64,000 nucleotides of DNA from Lingula anatina (taxonomy: Eukaryota; Animalia; Brachiopoda). Below the pieces are notes generated by a model, which was not told where the DNA came from, made no database searches, and saw only the letters and a program-made list of their open reading frames with translations. Both the position numbers and the translations under genes were made by a program. Positions 1 to 14,060 of the stretch are shown one piece after another (position 1 is the stretch's first letter; every line of letters starts with the position of its first letter). The stretch spans positions 6,758,001 to 6,822,000 of the forward strand of contig CM120641.1 in assembly GCA_051362555.1 (NCBI GenBank), read 5' to 3'.

Positions 1-888
1 GTTGGTTTGCGTTAAACTCGCTGCGATTGCAATTTTTACTAAACCAGCATCGCGCTTTTTGTCTTGTATAGCTGAAGATAGCGGTTACGTTCTTGGTTAT
101 ATTAAATGAAAACAATACCAGATTTACGTACAGAAATCTTTACTTACAAGTAGTTTTCACAACTACATAATGCATATCAAGGAATACTCTCCTCGTAATG
201 TTTTTAATGGTTTAGTTTTCTGACTGAAATCATATTTACTTTCATAGAATAATTTTTAATGAATATTTATGTGGACATTTAACTAATACACTAATTTTAA
301 TTTTCCAAGGTGAATTGTTGCAGATGTTTACTAAATACATCGGAATAGTTTGAATGTAAAATTTTCGGTTATGACACCACATGGAAATATCTCATTCTTA
401 GGCTGTAAAACCAGCAAAATTTTCATGCCTTTGTAAAATGCTGTACATATCCACTGGGTGTGACGCCCTACATACATGCATACGATCCATTATAGACACA
501 AGTCCTTCTTTGGAATTCAAATAGTCTTCACTGACAATTCTACTTTACATCCTACAAAATCCATCTCTTCTACTTAGATCACACATTCGTCAATATAAAA
601 CAAGTTGAAGAATATTACGCCAGCATGACCTTTTCACTAACTCTAAATACCATATATCTACGTACATTATGTAAGTAGTTATAAATACTCTATATTACAT
701 CATACTATAAGAATAATGAATATTGCTAAGTCAGGATGACAGGACCAATCATGCTTGACGGTAACACTGTAAGAGAGTGCATTATTCCTTCCCTACACAG
801 AAGAGGGGGAGAACCTGCATATTCAACTCTCTCTTTCTTACCACCTTGTACTGCAGAGAAAACATTAAACAGTTCTGAAGTCCAGAGA

Positions 889-3800
889 TCATGTTTTTGC
901 CTTAATCTCATTGAGTTTCTGTACAAAGAAGGTTTCCAGGACTTCTGCACACTGGTAGAAGGGGCTGTCATGGGGATTGTAGTAGCGACAGTTGTCAAAG
1001 ATCTTGGTCACATCCCTCACAAACTCTCCAAGTATTCTGTAGGCTTTACTTTTCAGTTTCTTCTCAACAGTTGACAAGTCTGATAATGAGACAAAATGGT
1101 AAGGATATTGACATTAATTTTCTGTAAAATGGATGTTTTCAGATATATTTCTTTACAATGTTTACCATATTCACATTAAAATTTGAATAAGTGCTAAACC
1201 TTTAAAAAGCCAAAATAAACAAATAAAAAATGAAATAAACACATAGGTAAATATCAACCAATCAAGTCATACAACCACTCAATGTAAAAAAAAAAAAAAA
1301 AAAAAAAAAATCAGACTTTTTGCACTCAACTGACACACTTTCAAGATACTTTCAGCTTACCCATGGGTTCCTTGATGACGTCATAGTAGTCAGGAACTTC
1401 ATCTGGATCCACAGGTTCTAGGAAAGGCCATGCCATCTTGTGAGACTAAAAGTGAGGATAACATGTATTATGTGAGAATTCATCATTACTTCAAATGGAG
1501 TTAATGTAAGAACATTTTTAGTGAGTGAGTTCTCATAATAAGTTTAACCAAAATAAATATTATAGACTTCGATATACATCACATTATACACTAGAAAACA
1601 AACCAACATATACTACAAAGCATCTGCTGTCAATTAAAGGATGTCAGGCTCAATGCAGTGCAATATCATAAGTATATGAGAACTTTTCATCTTTTTTTTT
1701 TTGAAACCAGGAACCTGTTCTTATAAAGCTGTAGAAATTTATGATAACCAACAGACAAGACAACACACATTACAGGTACCAATACCATGTTTACCTGAAG
1801 ACTTCGGAGCAGTTTGATGAGACTGTCAAAGTCCTGGGGCTGCAGCAGGTGCTGGTGAGCAGCCAGATCAGTGGATTTCTGCTGGCAGTTGGGACAGATG
1901 TAGGTGCTCAGCATGTCTGCCTCACTCTTACTGATCCCCACACAACTACCATGGAACCAGTCCTGGCAACGGTCACAGCCGATGTACAATCTAAGATGGG
2001 GAGAATAAATGGAAATGGATATACAAGTGAATAACATTAAGCATTATTGGAATATACTGTTATCTCAAAATCATTCACGTTCTATATGTGTAAATTGTAC
2101 TAACTGACAATCATATTTAAAAGAAATACTGTAAAATATGGACTTCATCTTATTTTCAGCCAAGTGTTTCAATCAAATCACTCACACTATTTCATTACAC
2201 ATACTGAGTTGACAAAACAATATAATGAATTCACTTGCACACACACAGTATTCTCACTCTAGCACGTGAAATTATCACCATATTCTGGATTATATTGTTC
2301 TTGGGATAAAGAAAAAAAATGTTCAGAACTTTTCATCAATATCTCATTGTTTTGACTTAAATCTATATTTGGCTACTAATTTCCAGCTACTTGACTGAAA
2401 AAATTGGACTAGCAGCAGTGGGAACATGACTCACTGTGTCTCATCATATGGAGTCCTACATATACAGTAAAGTTCCTCTGAGGTGTTCTCTTGCTGAGCT
2501 TTGCAGTCCTCACAGACATAGGTGTCTATCAGCTTGGCCTGATACTCTGAGATGTTTACACAGTCGCCATGGAACCAGTTAGAACAGAGGTCACAGCCAA
2601 TGTAAAACCTGTAAAAAACGGTAGAGGGCAGCACTGTGCTGTGAGTTGGTTTTTAAAAAAGGACAATATTAACTCGCATGCAATATTATAGAAATTCAGA
2701 ATTTTCATTTTTTTTTCATTATTAATTTATTATTATTGCAGAATTACATACTTTGTGTCATCATAAGGAGTCCTGCAGATGCAGTACAGCTTTTCTTGCT
2801 GTGCCTGAGACCTGGGCGTCCCTGTCGAGATCACCTTCTGCTTCTTCTTCTTCACCTTTGTAGCCTCCTCCACAGTGGTCACATCCACTATAACATGGTC
2901 GACCTCTTCTGAAGATTTGCGCTTCCTAGGGCTGCCCTTATTCTTCAGTACTTTGTATTGCTCTGCTATATCCGCCTGCAGAGTTGGAAGGTGTGACATT
3001 ACAAATAACAGTTTTCACCAAAAAGATAACAAATCTGAAATTTCAGTTTCTCCAATCTGTATTTCAGAAAAAAAATGTATGTTGTCCAAAATTCAAGGTG
3101 GTCACAAATTCCTGGGAGAATACTTGAGTTCACCAAACACATACCTGCACCTCAGCCACATATAACTTCTCCATAGCATCTCGTTTCTTTAGCATATCTT
3201 TCTTTAAGGCTTCCTTTTGCTTGTAGAGTAGACCCTGCAGCTTGGTGGCAGTGACACGCTTCTGTTTCTCCTCAGCTGTCTCCTGCTTCTTGGCCTGTTT
3301 CTGTGAGGCCCGTTCCTCCTTCTCCAGCTTATCCAGCATTGTCTTCATGACCTGCTTGCAGGTGGCCACTCTGAAAACATAGGGGTAAATACAGAGCTAA
3401 GGTAACATACCAGTCAAAACAGACATGCTACTCATAAGGGAATTTGTACAATGCTGTAACTTACAAAACCCTGAAATAGGAATTTAATACACGATCAAGG
3501 ATTTTTGTTTATGGTAAAGCGACATCAGACTACAAAAAGGTTATAATCAAATTTCCCTTGGTGAACCTACCTGGGCCACATAGAAAACTTAGCCAAATCC
3601 TGTGTTTGTTCTCTTCTGATCCAGAAAAATAAAATTCATATTACCCACTTTCATCAAATTTATAAATGATTTATTTCAAAAGTTTATTAAGTAAAATAAA
3701 CTAAGAGGCTCAAAGAAATTTCATTCCTGGAGTGAGCCAACCCACCTATTCTGTTCTTCCTTCTGCTCTGGTGTAAGCACAGGTTTCTGCTGCTTGGCTT

Positions 3801-4938
3801 TCAATTGCTCCACTGCCTGAGCTTGCTGGAGTTTCTGTTGTTGTTGTGCCTGCTGGGCTTGGGACTGGATCAGTTTGTCTCTAGCCTGGAGGGTGCTGAT
3901 TTGCTAGTTAGAGGAAACCAGATAAGTGTGTTATAACCAAAAGATTAAATACATGCAGTCTGATATTGCTGATACATTGCCACTTTCTATCAAAAATAAC
4001 AGAAATAAAATAAATCCAATAAAAAATAAGCTTAAAAATTATGACAAAAACTAATCAATGACTTAAAAAGTACAAAAAAAAAAAAAAAAAAAAAATCAAC
4101 ATATAACTGACAGATTAAAGAAAATAATACCTGCTTAATTAAAATATCATTTATTTTTGTTACTTGGCCTGGGGAAAAATGTACTTAAAAGTCACTTCTT
4201 AATGGCTAACCTGTTTTTGCTGGTTTTGCACTGTAATCTGTCTTTGCATAGCCATCAGCTTAGCTTGGATGTCAGGGTCCTGGTTCTGTAGCATGGCTTG
4301 CTGGACAACTGGAATAAACAGCAGAACAGGTAAAAAATGAGCAAGGGGAACATATGAAAAACTAAATTTTAAAATAATTCCCTGCAAAGACTGCCAAGTT
4401 TAAACTGTCTCTTGAACAACTGTCAATAACCTTAACTGTAAGTGGAAATAACAGTCCATTTAGGTATATCAAACATGTTTATCATTTGCTATCAGCCTAG
4501 AAAGTAAATCCATACAATACAGTGACATTATAACTGCTGTGATTACACACCTTGCTGTAGTACTTGCGGTGTGATTGCATACTGTTTATTTGCTGCAGCC
4601 TGCTGCTGCTGTTGTTGTTGCTGCTGGGTGACTGCTGAGGCCAGGGCTGGCATCTTCAGTAACATCTGAGCCTTGAGAGGGCTGGTCGTAGGACTGGACA
4701 AGGGACTGGACATTGGGCTTGCAGACGGACTGCTACTGACCACTGAGGGAATGACTGACTGAGGAGGATTACTTTGAACAACGGCTGCAGTTGGTTGCAC
4801 TTGGGTAGTGGTTGCTATGGAAACAGCTGGTGCCACGGCCGTTGGTGTTGCAGCCTGGCCTATTAGCTGAGCTGGTCTAATAAGTCTCTGGCCTAAAAGG
4901 AGAAAATGTCATAAAACAAAGCCTTTGAAGTTTCAATG

Positions 4939-4981
<43 letters not shown>

Positions 4982-7900
4982 CTGAAAACAATAATAAATG
5001 TCCTTCTTTTTTTCTTTTTTTCTTCTAAATATTTAACAAGCCGTTTTGAAAGTTCTAATATTCAAACATACATGAATATTTCAAGTCATTTTGTACTAAA
5101 CTTCCTTTAAGATACATTAATTTAAAATGACATAAATTTGAAAACAAGCTTTTTAAAGGTAACAGAGTATAATCATGCTATTCAAATCATGAGACTTACC
5201 AGCTGGAGAGACAGTTGTCACCATGCGTGGTGCAACCACCAGCCTAGGGGGTGTGAGGGTAACAGCACTAGCAGCTGGCTGTATAGGTCTCAGCTGTAAC
5301 TGTGTTCTGACTGGCGTAGCAGGCGTGGCAGGGGTGGCTAGCTGTAACACCTGTGTAGTGGAAGAGGCTGCAGAGGAAGGAGTCTGCTGCTGCTGCTGCT
5401 GCTGGGAAGCCTGAGGAGTGCCGCCTGCTGTACTGACTGTGATTAACTGGAGGCGGCCGTCTGGCAGGCGAATTATCTGTTGGCCAGGGAGCAAGCCCCT
5501 CACTGTGAGGACCCCCTGGGGACCCTGTATAATCTGGACCTGCTGGGGCTGGCCTGGGACACCTGTGGCAACCACTGGAGCTTTGGTGCCTGAAACAACA
5601 AAAACAACATGCACATGTCTGAAGTTTTACCTGAAGAGATTAAAGCATTTAGAAATTCAAATCTCTCTTTTCTGTCTATTTACAACCTATCTATCTAGAT
5701 AAAGAAATAAGACCACATGAAGAAGGACTGCGGAGGCAGAGCTGAAACAACTGGGAAAAAGCTTGGGAACCATTTAATATCTAGCTCATGACAGAGCAGC
5801 AGAAAATATCTGTTGGTGCCCTAGATGCCAGCATGTGCAAAAGGAATTCAAGAAGAAGATGAATGTCATATCAACATTCAATAGAAGTCAATACCCTCCA
5901 AACTATTCTCAATAAAGAGAAGCAAAATGTAACAAAAGTCCATACCTGGTGTAGCTGCTGTAGAAATCTGCCCAGCAGGTGCTATAAGGCGGGTTGGTGT
6001 GCTCTGTGTAGCGGTAGTCCCTGTAGCTGGTCGAGATATAGTAAGTGTATTTTTAGGCCTCACAGTGATGGTGGTCCCTGGCAGCTGTAATGTGGCCACT
6101 CTGCCCACTCTCTGTCCACTCAATGGGGGGACTGATAGGGAAAGTAATATACTAGTAAGTGTGTAGCAACACAGTAGTCATTAAAAAAAACATCTCTTTA
6201 TGAAATCACAATAGATCAACAAGATTTCAACTCTTGATACGAGTATTTCATGACGCTTTTAGATGTATTCAAGACTAAAAAACAAATTCTTAAAGCAATC
6301 ATGTCAGTAAACATTTAAAGAACCACAAACTTTTTTATGAATTATTTTACTGTTTAACTGTCATATTTTATTTTTAATCACAAATTCACACAAATTTTAT
6401 ACTCCAACACCTTTGTTCTACAACATATTTTGTTAGTGAACTTACTTGACCCCACGGCTTCTCCTCCCTTCTGTGTGAGGATCAGTCTCTGCTGACTTGA
6501 GGGAGTCGTCACAGTAGTGGCTCCACCTGGAGGCTTTACGACAATCGTCTTAAAAGCAGGTGCCCCCGCCGCTGTAGTAGAAGACCCTCCAAGAGCAGAA
6601 ATAATAGACGATGGGGCAGCAGAGACAGAGACACTGCCGGTTTTACTCCTGGCCTGTTCCTCAAGTTTTTTCTGCTGGAAAGCTGTCCTCTGTTCCTTGA
6701 GTTGCTTCTCTAGCTGTGCTCGTATATGTGCAGCATCATTGTTGGGTTTAATTGGGGTCTGGGTTAACTGCTGCTGCTGTGCCTGCTGGGTAGTCACCTG
6801 GACCAACTTCTGCTGGATTACCTGCTTCTGGCGCTCCACTCTGGAAGTTGGATAAAAAATTTGTTTGAAAACTGAGAATAAATTACATATTTTTCTTTGT
6901 ATTCTGTATTCTAAAATGACGATTATAAAATAAAAATAAAGGAATAAATATAAGAAAATGTTGTGTTGGACATATAAGCTAGAATTAAGTTTTTGCAGTT
7001 TTGGGCAAATCTTAAGAAACAAACAAACAAACCAAAATTCTGATGATTAAAATAGTAAGGATACAGTTGCTAAATAATCTATGCATGCATCTCTCATGAA
7101 ACTGATTCTTTCCATTATGGATGTCTGTATGTTCTTGTAAAATTAATTTTTTGAAATTTTCACAAATGTGCAAATTCTTACAATCCTAAGAAGCCATAGT
7201 TGTCGTGATACAGAGAGCTCATATCTTGTTCTTATATGTATGTACATAACAAACTGCTTACTTTTCTCCAAACTGCTTTATCTCCCAGAGTTCCAGTTGT
7301 TCCTCTGGCGTCCAGGTTTCGTTCACGCATGGCTCTGTGATCTTTGGAGATTCTGCTCGACGACGTTCACGTAATCCTTTACGCTGAGGAGTATATTTCT
7401 CTACAAAAAATCAGCAAGAGACCAACTACGATTAGCACTTATGTCAAATACTCCACGATTTGAAAAACACTTTTATAATAGTATATATTCATAGATTTTA
7501 CATCAAAACATTTATGCAGTCTAACATGTCAAAATAGCCCCACCCCATACACTATTTTATTTTATAATACTGACAGTAGAATTTTTGATTCACTTAAAAT
7601 ACACTTATCTTTGATAGAAAAATAAATAAATAGGCAACTGACCTTTGGGCTGACTAGGCAGTCCAATGGGAACAATGATCTTCCTGACCAAAAATTCAGA
7701 CTGCAGACCAGAATGACCAATATCTCTTCTCTTCAGCAACTCGGTGGTTATAATCTCGCTGTCTGTGGTGACAGTATTAGTGCCCCCTTGTGGCGGTTTA
7801 ACAGACATGTCATCCCAGCGTATGCAAGCCCAAATAACACGCAGTTGGACACAGGCTGATGCCAGGGAGACTGCTGTCTGGGTCCTGTAACGCCATGCTG

Positions 7901-10900
7901 TCTTGAACAAAGGCCGAGGACATGGATAGATCCAATTCACATTGTTCATTTTACAATTGTAATTGAAACCTTTAGCTTCAACCATCCCAGCCTTACGAGA
8001 CAGCCTCTTCAGATCATGGTTTTCCAGAATAAATACGCTACGTTTTCCACTCTTAGTGCTGAACTTCTGACACCCTGGGAGATTAAGTTTCTTTGTATTC
8101 TTAGCTTTCTTACCATGTAATCTGATAAATTTGGGCAAGTAGACTTTTTCATTGGTGCCACGTACCTTGGGCATTTTGGAGGCAATCTCCTTGAGTTTCT
8201 CAGAGGACAGTGTGTTGGCAAGACCTGTGAGAGTGACACCAGACTGAGGAGAGGATTTGACAGCAACTTTTGTCTCTGATTTCAAGTTACCTTCCCCACT
8301 AGTAGAGGCCTGATCCTGTTTTGCACTTTCAGTGTCCTTCTCTTGTTCTTTTCCCTCAGGTTTTTCTCCTTTGGTGCCGTCCTTTTGAACAAAAGACAAA
8401 AATGAGTTCATGAAGCCAGAGGTCTTTGAATCTGCATCTTTGTTGGCCTCTTCCATCCCCTCCTCTTTCACTGCTTCCACATCAACATCTTCGTCCTCAT
8501 CTTCTCCTTTCTCAGTCTTTCTATCGGAAGAATTTATTTTGCTGTCACTTCCATCACTCCCAATTTCTCCATTCAAAACAACTGGTTTTTCATCTTTCGT
8601 ACCAACTTTTTGCTCAGTTGGCTCACTTTTAACGTCTTTCATTTCTACATCTGTTGGTTCCTTTTTGATGTTGGTACTCATCTGACAAGTAATGGAGAAA
8701 CATGGTGTGTTTGAGCCCCTCTCTTTCCTGCAGACAGAAGAGTAGCACTGATATATTTTGTCTTCATTCTCATTCTTCAATGAACCTTTCTTCCCTGCCT
8801 CTTTGGCAGCAAGTTTTTGTTTCTCCACCTCATTGTGTTTAGTAATCAAATGCTCCAAAGCTCTTCTTTGCTTCTTCTCCCATTCATCTTGCTTGACACG
8901 GCGCTCAAGGAAAATATCTAGTTTAGCAGCAGGTTTGGTAAGTTTAGGATAAAAAGTCCTTTCCAGCAATGACTTTGACACATCAATCAAGTCTGTCCTC
9001 ATACCCTCTGCCTCAGCTTTCAGTCTTGCTTCCTCATCAAACTTTGCCTGCTCTAACTTGGACTTGCCTGGAGAGCTTTTAGATTTAACTTCTGCCTTCT
9101 TCTTATCCGTCTTTGGCTCACTTTCTTTTTCTGCATTTGTCTTTTCCACTTTCTGGTCTTCATTTGACTCTTTCTCACCATCATTGTCCACTTCCATTTT
9201 TTTCTCCTCTTCTTTCACTTCCTCATTCATAGATTTCTCTCCTTTTGGTGCTTCATCTTTCTTTTCTTTTTCTTCAGACTGTTCATCTACATCCATTTTT
9301 TCTTCACCCTGTCCTTCTCCCTCTTTCACCTCTGGAGCATCTGAAGCCAAATCTGACTTGGCAAAGTCAGCAGATTGTTCCTCAGCACATTTTTCCTTCC
9401 AACGTCTCCTCAGCTTGTTGACCACGCCCCTCAGCCCCACCGTCCCCTGGGGGACATAGTGATAGGTCCTTGCGGCACTCAGCCATAACCAGCCACTGCC
9501 CCCATAGATCCTGTACTCTTCACCTTTTTGTTTCCAGACCTGAAAATACCAAGAAATATGATGAAAATGTCAACTCAGGTAGAATATATATCAATTTTGA
9601 TCCCTTTACCTGAAGCAGTTCACTTGACAGACAATTAAACATTTCAGAACAAAAGCTATGAAAGTAACTAATTGATTGATGCAAATACTGATGATCACTG
9701 CAGAATTACTGAATCCTTTCTAATGCAGAAAGGATCTAATGCAGTTCTAATGCAGTTGATGGGACTTCTTGAAATGCACTGAATTCCAATTTACTTTTAT
9801 GCTCACAAATATCATTTTCATATTAATTTTCATTTCAATCAACAGACTGAAAGACAATAATACAATACAATGGCCTTTGAAAATCAAATCAATGTGTGTG
9901 AGAGAGAAACCTGGTGCTTTAGCCCTAGGGTGTATTTGACCCAAGTTGACCGATCATTCCAATCTTCATCTTCATCCTTCTTCTGTTTCCTCAATTCCTT
10001 TTCTCTCTTTTTCAATTCTTCTTTATCAGCAGCAGTTATCCTTTGCATTCTTACATGACCTTAAAGGGATGGAACCAAAAAATTTTCTGAATTTCCTGCT
10101 TTACATGCACTGTAAGCTTGAAGAGCTATATATTTCTGAATTCCCGCTATTTGCTATAAAAGTCTACCACCAGGAGCCTCCCTAACATAAAAAAAGCTGC
10201 ATTTCTTGAAAAACATTAAAATTTTGAAATTTTGTTTAAAATATCCAGTAAAGTCAGTTAAGTTTTTGAAATATCTTTCCTTTTCATACTACAGTAGTTC
10301 TCTAGAGTTAAAGACCTATTAAGTGTGACAAACTGTTCTACTTAGTAACAAAACAAGCAATGGTGCAGATTTACCTAGAGCCTCACTCCAAACAGGCAGA
10401 AATACTACTGGTTTGATACAAGCCTCAAATATTGCCAGTGCCAGGGAGAAATCCTGAGCACTCTGGCACATGTGGACTGCCTTCACCCAGCTCTGTCTGT
10501 GGTACGGCCAGTTGGGATGGAGGAAGGCTGACGGGATGTTCTGCTCAAGCTGGGTAATGCTGAGGCGCAGTGTTGATACAATTAAGGTACGGTTGCCTGG
10601 AAAATAATGTAATAACATGGTTTGCTTAATCTAAAATTTATCCCGATTATAGCACTGCTCAGTGAAACCGTTAGTGACCTACTAAGTCCTCTTTCAGAAG
10701 AAGCAACATAGTCATAGAAAAGCAACTAACTTATCATCTGTAGCAAGAGAAGATAAAGCCCTTTTTTTAAATGTGCACCAATTATCATCAGCATTTTAAC
10801 CTCTGCAATATTTCTGATTTTGCAATATCCAAACAAATGGAAAAAGGTGTTTTTTTTTATCACGTAATCTGCAAAACACTTATTCATTACATAATCTGAA

Positions 10901-13900
10901 AAAAAAGCAGTAAAATATAGTAGTAATTTATCATACTTTTTTATGTCCTTAATACATATAAAAGAGGTCTGTTAAAAAAAAACACAAACCATAAATGGTC
11001 CCATTCCACTTGAATTCACTGACTGGCGTGAGACTAAATTTGTGAGACAGCCATCTTTTCTTGTCTCTCTCCTCTGCATGCTGATGTTTGTTTAAGGCAA
11101 GATCATTGGTTGTGTACTGGTTCACATACATCTTATAATTCCCTTCCATTCCTGAAACGAAATGCCCAAAACTTATTTAGCTACCATTAAAAAAAGATTA
11201 AAGACTTTAGAGGAATATCCTTTTTTAAAATTTGTATGAATGTGACACTATGTTCTTTCAAAAAAAGGCGCTATGAACAGAAAGTGTGTGCATGCATTTT
11301 CAAATGCAACATCAAAGACAAAAAGTAAAGAATTTTGTATGAAAAATTATGGAAACTCAAGCACTACATTGAATGATTATCGTTATAAACAACATACCTA
11401 ATTTAAACAACACATTCTGCTGCTGAACCACAGACGACTGAGATTTGCCCACTTTGGATATCTGTCCATCCTTGTTGATGACCAAAACACTGTCCTCATT
11501 GGACTGCTGCAGGGAACGGACACTGGTCATCTTCACACTGGCTGTGGTAGAGGTGATGGAGTCAGTGAACTGCTTGGGAGTCAAGGAACCTGTTCTGGAA
11601 CGCGTCACCATTTTTCTGCTTTCTGCAGATGCTAATTGACAACACAAATCAAAGCAAGTTTGTAATTTTAATAGAAAATTTAAGGTTTAAGAACAATTTA
11701 AATCCTACAAATCACAAAACCAAAAGATTTTTTATGATATACTTCTACAATCTATTAAATTTGTATTGGACAAATAAATTCATGATGCAAATGTTTTAAT
11801 TTAATATATGAACTATCCAAGTTTGAATACTCAAAAAATTTGATTTGAAGATTAAAATAAATAAATAAATAAATAAATAAAGTTTATGTGCATACCTTCT
11901 TCAGTGTTTGTGACTGCCCCCTTAACCACACTGGACGTTGAGTTGACCACAGTGGTCCCTGGGGGGAGGTTCTTGGGTGGAGGTCCCTGCAGGGTGATGG
12001 TCATCTGCTTCCCATCCTTACCAATCATCACAATCTTGGTGTTACTCTGAGCCTTGGGAGACTGGCTTGTATCTGGTTCATATATAATTACACATCTTTA
12101 TCCAATGTTAAACAATTTTAAAATTAGTTTTATACACTTCTAGGTACAATCATTGGCTTTAAACACTAAATTTTCACCAAAAAGTGGCCATAACTAAAAT
12201 CTATATTTTCTTGGCAATTTCTATATTTTAAACACAAACAATTTTCACTGCCTTAGCTGCAATTCTCAAAAAAAAATTACCATTTCCCTGTGTCTGTCCA
12301 CCAGTGTCCAGCACAGTGGCCTTAGCATTGGGAAAGGTGCTTTGGAGACTGACCACTTTGGGTTTCACAGCTTCTGTGTCCTCACCCTGGGTCTTCATCT
12401 CGCTGTCTCCACTGGCACTAGCATTCTCAGTAGGGCTAGTATTGCTACTGGGAGCCTCTTTCTTTTCTACGTCTAAAAGTAGTGCACAAATATTTTATCA
12501 TTCAGTTTTCAGACTGTAAGATAATCTATTTATCAGATGTTTTGTTAATGCAAACTGCCTTATCAAATACTTTGAAATGTAAGCAAGGCTAACAGCAACA
12601 TATTGGTATCTTTTATGATGAGTGTGACCCCAAACTGAAAATAAGAACAAAGTTATGAATGATAATATAACTGTCTACTGAGAGCTTCCACACTACAAAG
12701 TTGAAATTTAACAGGATTGTTTTTTCTTAAATGCAAGTTCTTTAAGATATGTGCCAAGTATGTGTGTATGTGCATGCAAAATGCATCAAACGTCACCTGT
12801 TTTCTCCTGTTCAGCAGAAGCGTCCCCTGCCCCCGTCTCAATGGTGGTCATTTTCACTGTAGTGGTAGCTGTGGTCACTGTGGTGGTGGTAGTGGTGACC
12901 TCTACCTCCATGATCTTCTCTTCAACACCATCTTCATTGACAGACCTGGTGTTAGTGGTGCTGGTGGCTATTTCTGTACTCGTCCCAGTTGTCAGTGTAT
13001 GCTGTAAAAGAACAGTCAGGTGTTAGAGGCTAGCTCTGGTGCAAAAGTTATCTAATTTTCCTTGAAATTAGCAAACCCAGGGTTTATAATATAAGAAACA
13101 CTTTTCCCAATCACTAAAAAAAAGGAAACCAGATTGCCATATTAAAAGAAAAGAACACTTAAAATTACTTTCGGTGCCTAACGATCACTTTCAAGTACTA
13201 AAAACAGAAGATTTATTCATTGGTTTTCATCCATGTTAACAAGCCAAGGCAATACTCTTTTTCTGTACTGCATATTTGATGTAAGTAAAAATACGCAAAT
13301 ATGTCATAATAAACTACCACGCTTAAATGACACTACTACCTGCTCCTGCAAAACTTCCTCTGTATTTGTACTTTGCTGCATTTCCCCAGGAGCTCTGGTT
13401 TCTCCCACTGGGGTACCATCTGGTTTTGTCAACCCCTCTGTGCTGATGCCACTCACTGTGCTATCCTGGGATACAGACCAACCTAGGCCTAACCGAATCC
13501 CAGTCTCTTCTCCTCTTAGTCTTCTCTCTTCTTCCTCAATTCTCTTCCTCTCTTCTTCCAGTTTCTTTTCTTCTTCAAAGCGCTTCCTTTCTTCTTCCTC
13601 TCTGGCTTTCTTTGCTGCTCTCTCTGTTTGGAGTTTGATCAGATTTGCTGAATGAAAGAATCAAAGAGAGAAAATCAAAGAAAAAATTGCTACTGATTTG
13701 CTTTTATATCTAAAAGTTCTTTCAATCTCACCTTTAAAAATTACTATGATAGATTAAAATCCACCTAAAATTGTAACAAGTTGAAAAATTAAGTCGAATC
13801 CATTTAATTAACTAGAGGATCAGAGAGGCGATACCGCCTCTGGATATTGTACCACCAGCTGGAGTAAGCACATTCTCATGGAAACTCCACCCCCAAAAAA

Positions 13901-13974
13901 TGAACACCGCCACCAGTCTTGTGCTTGACAAGCTCTATAAAATGCAATAAAAAGAGTTCTCAAAATATGCAAAA

Positions 13975-14060
<86 letters not shown>

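Noticed and set aside
1794-2800. Tandem PHD fingers in BPTF as a novel duplication
   Set aside because: Two C-terminal PHD fingers before the bromodomain are known in NURF301 orthologs.
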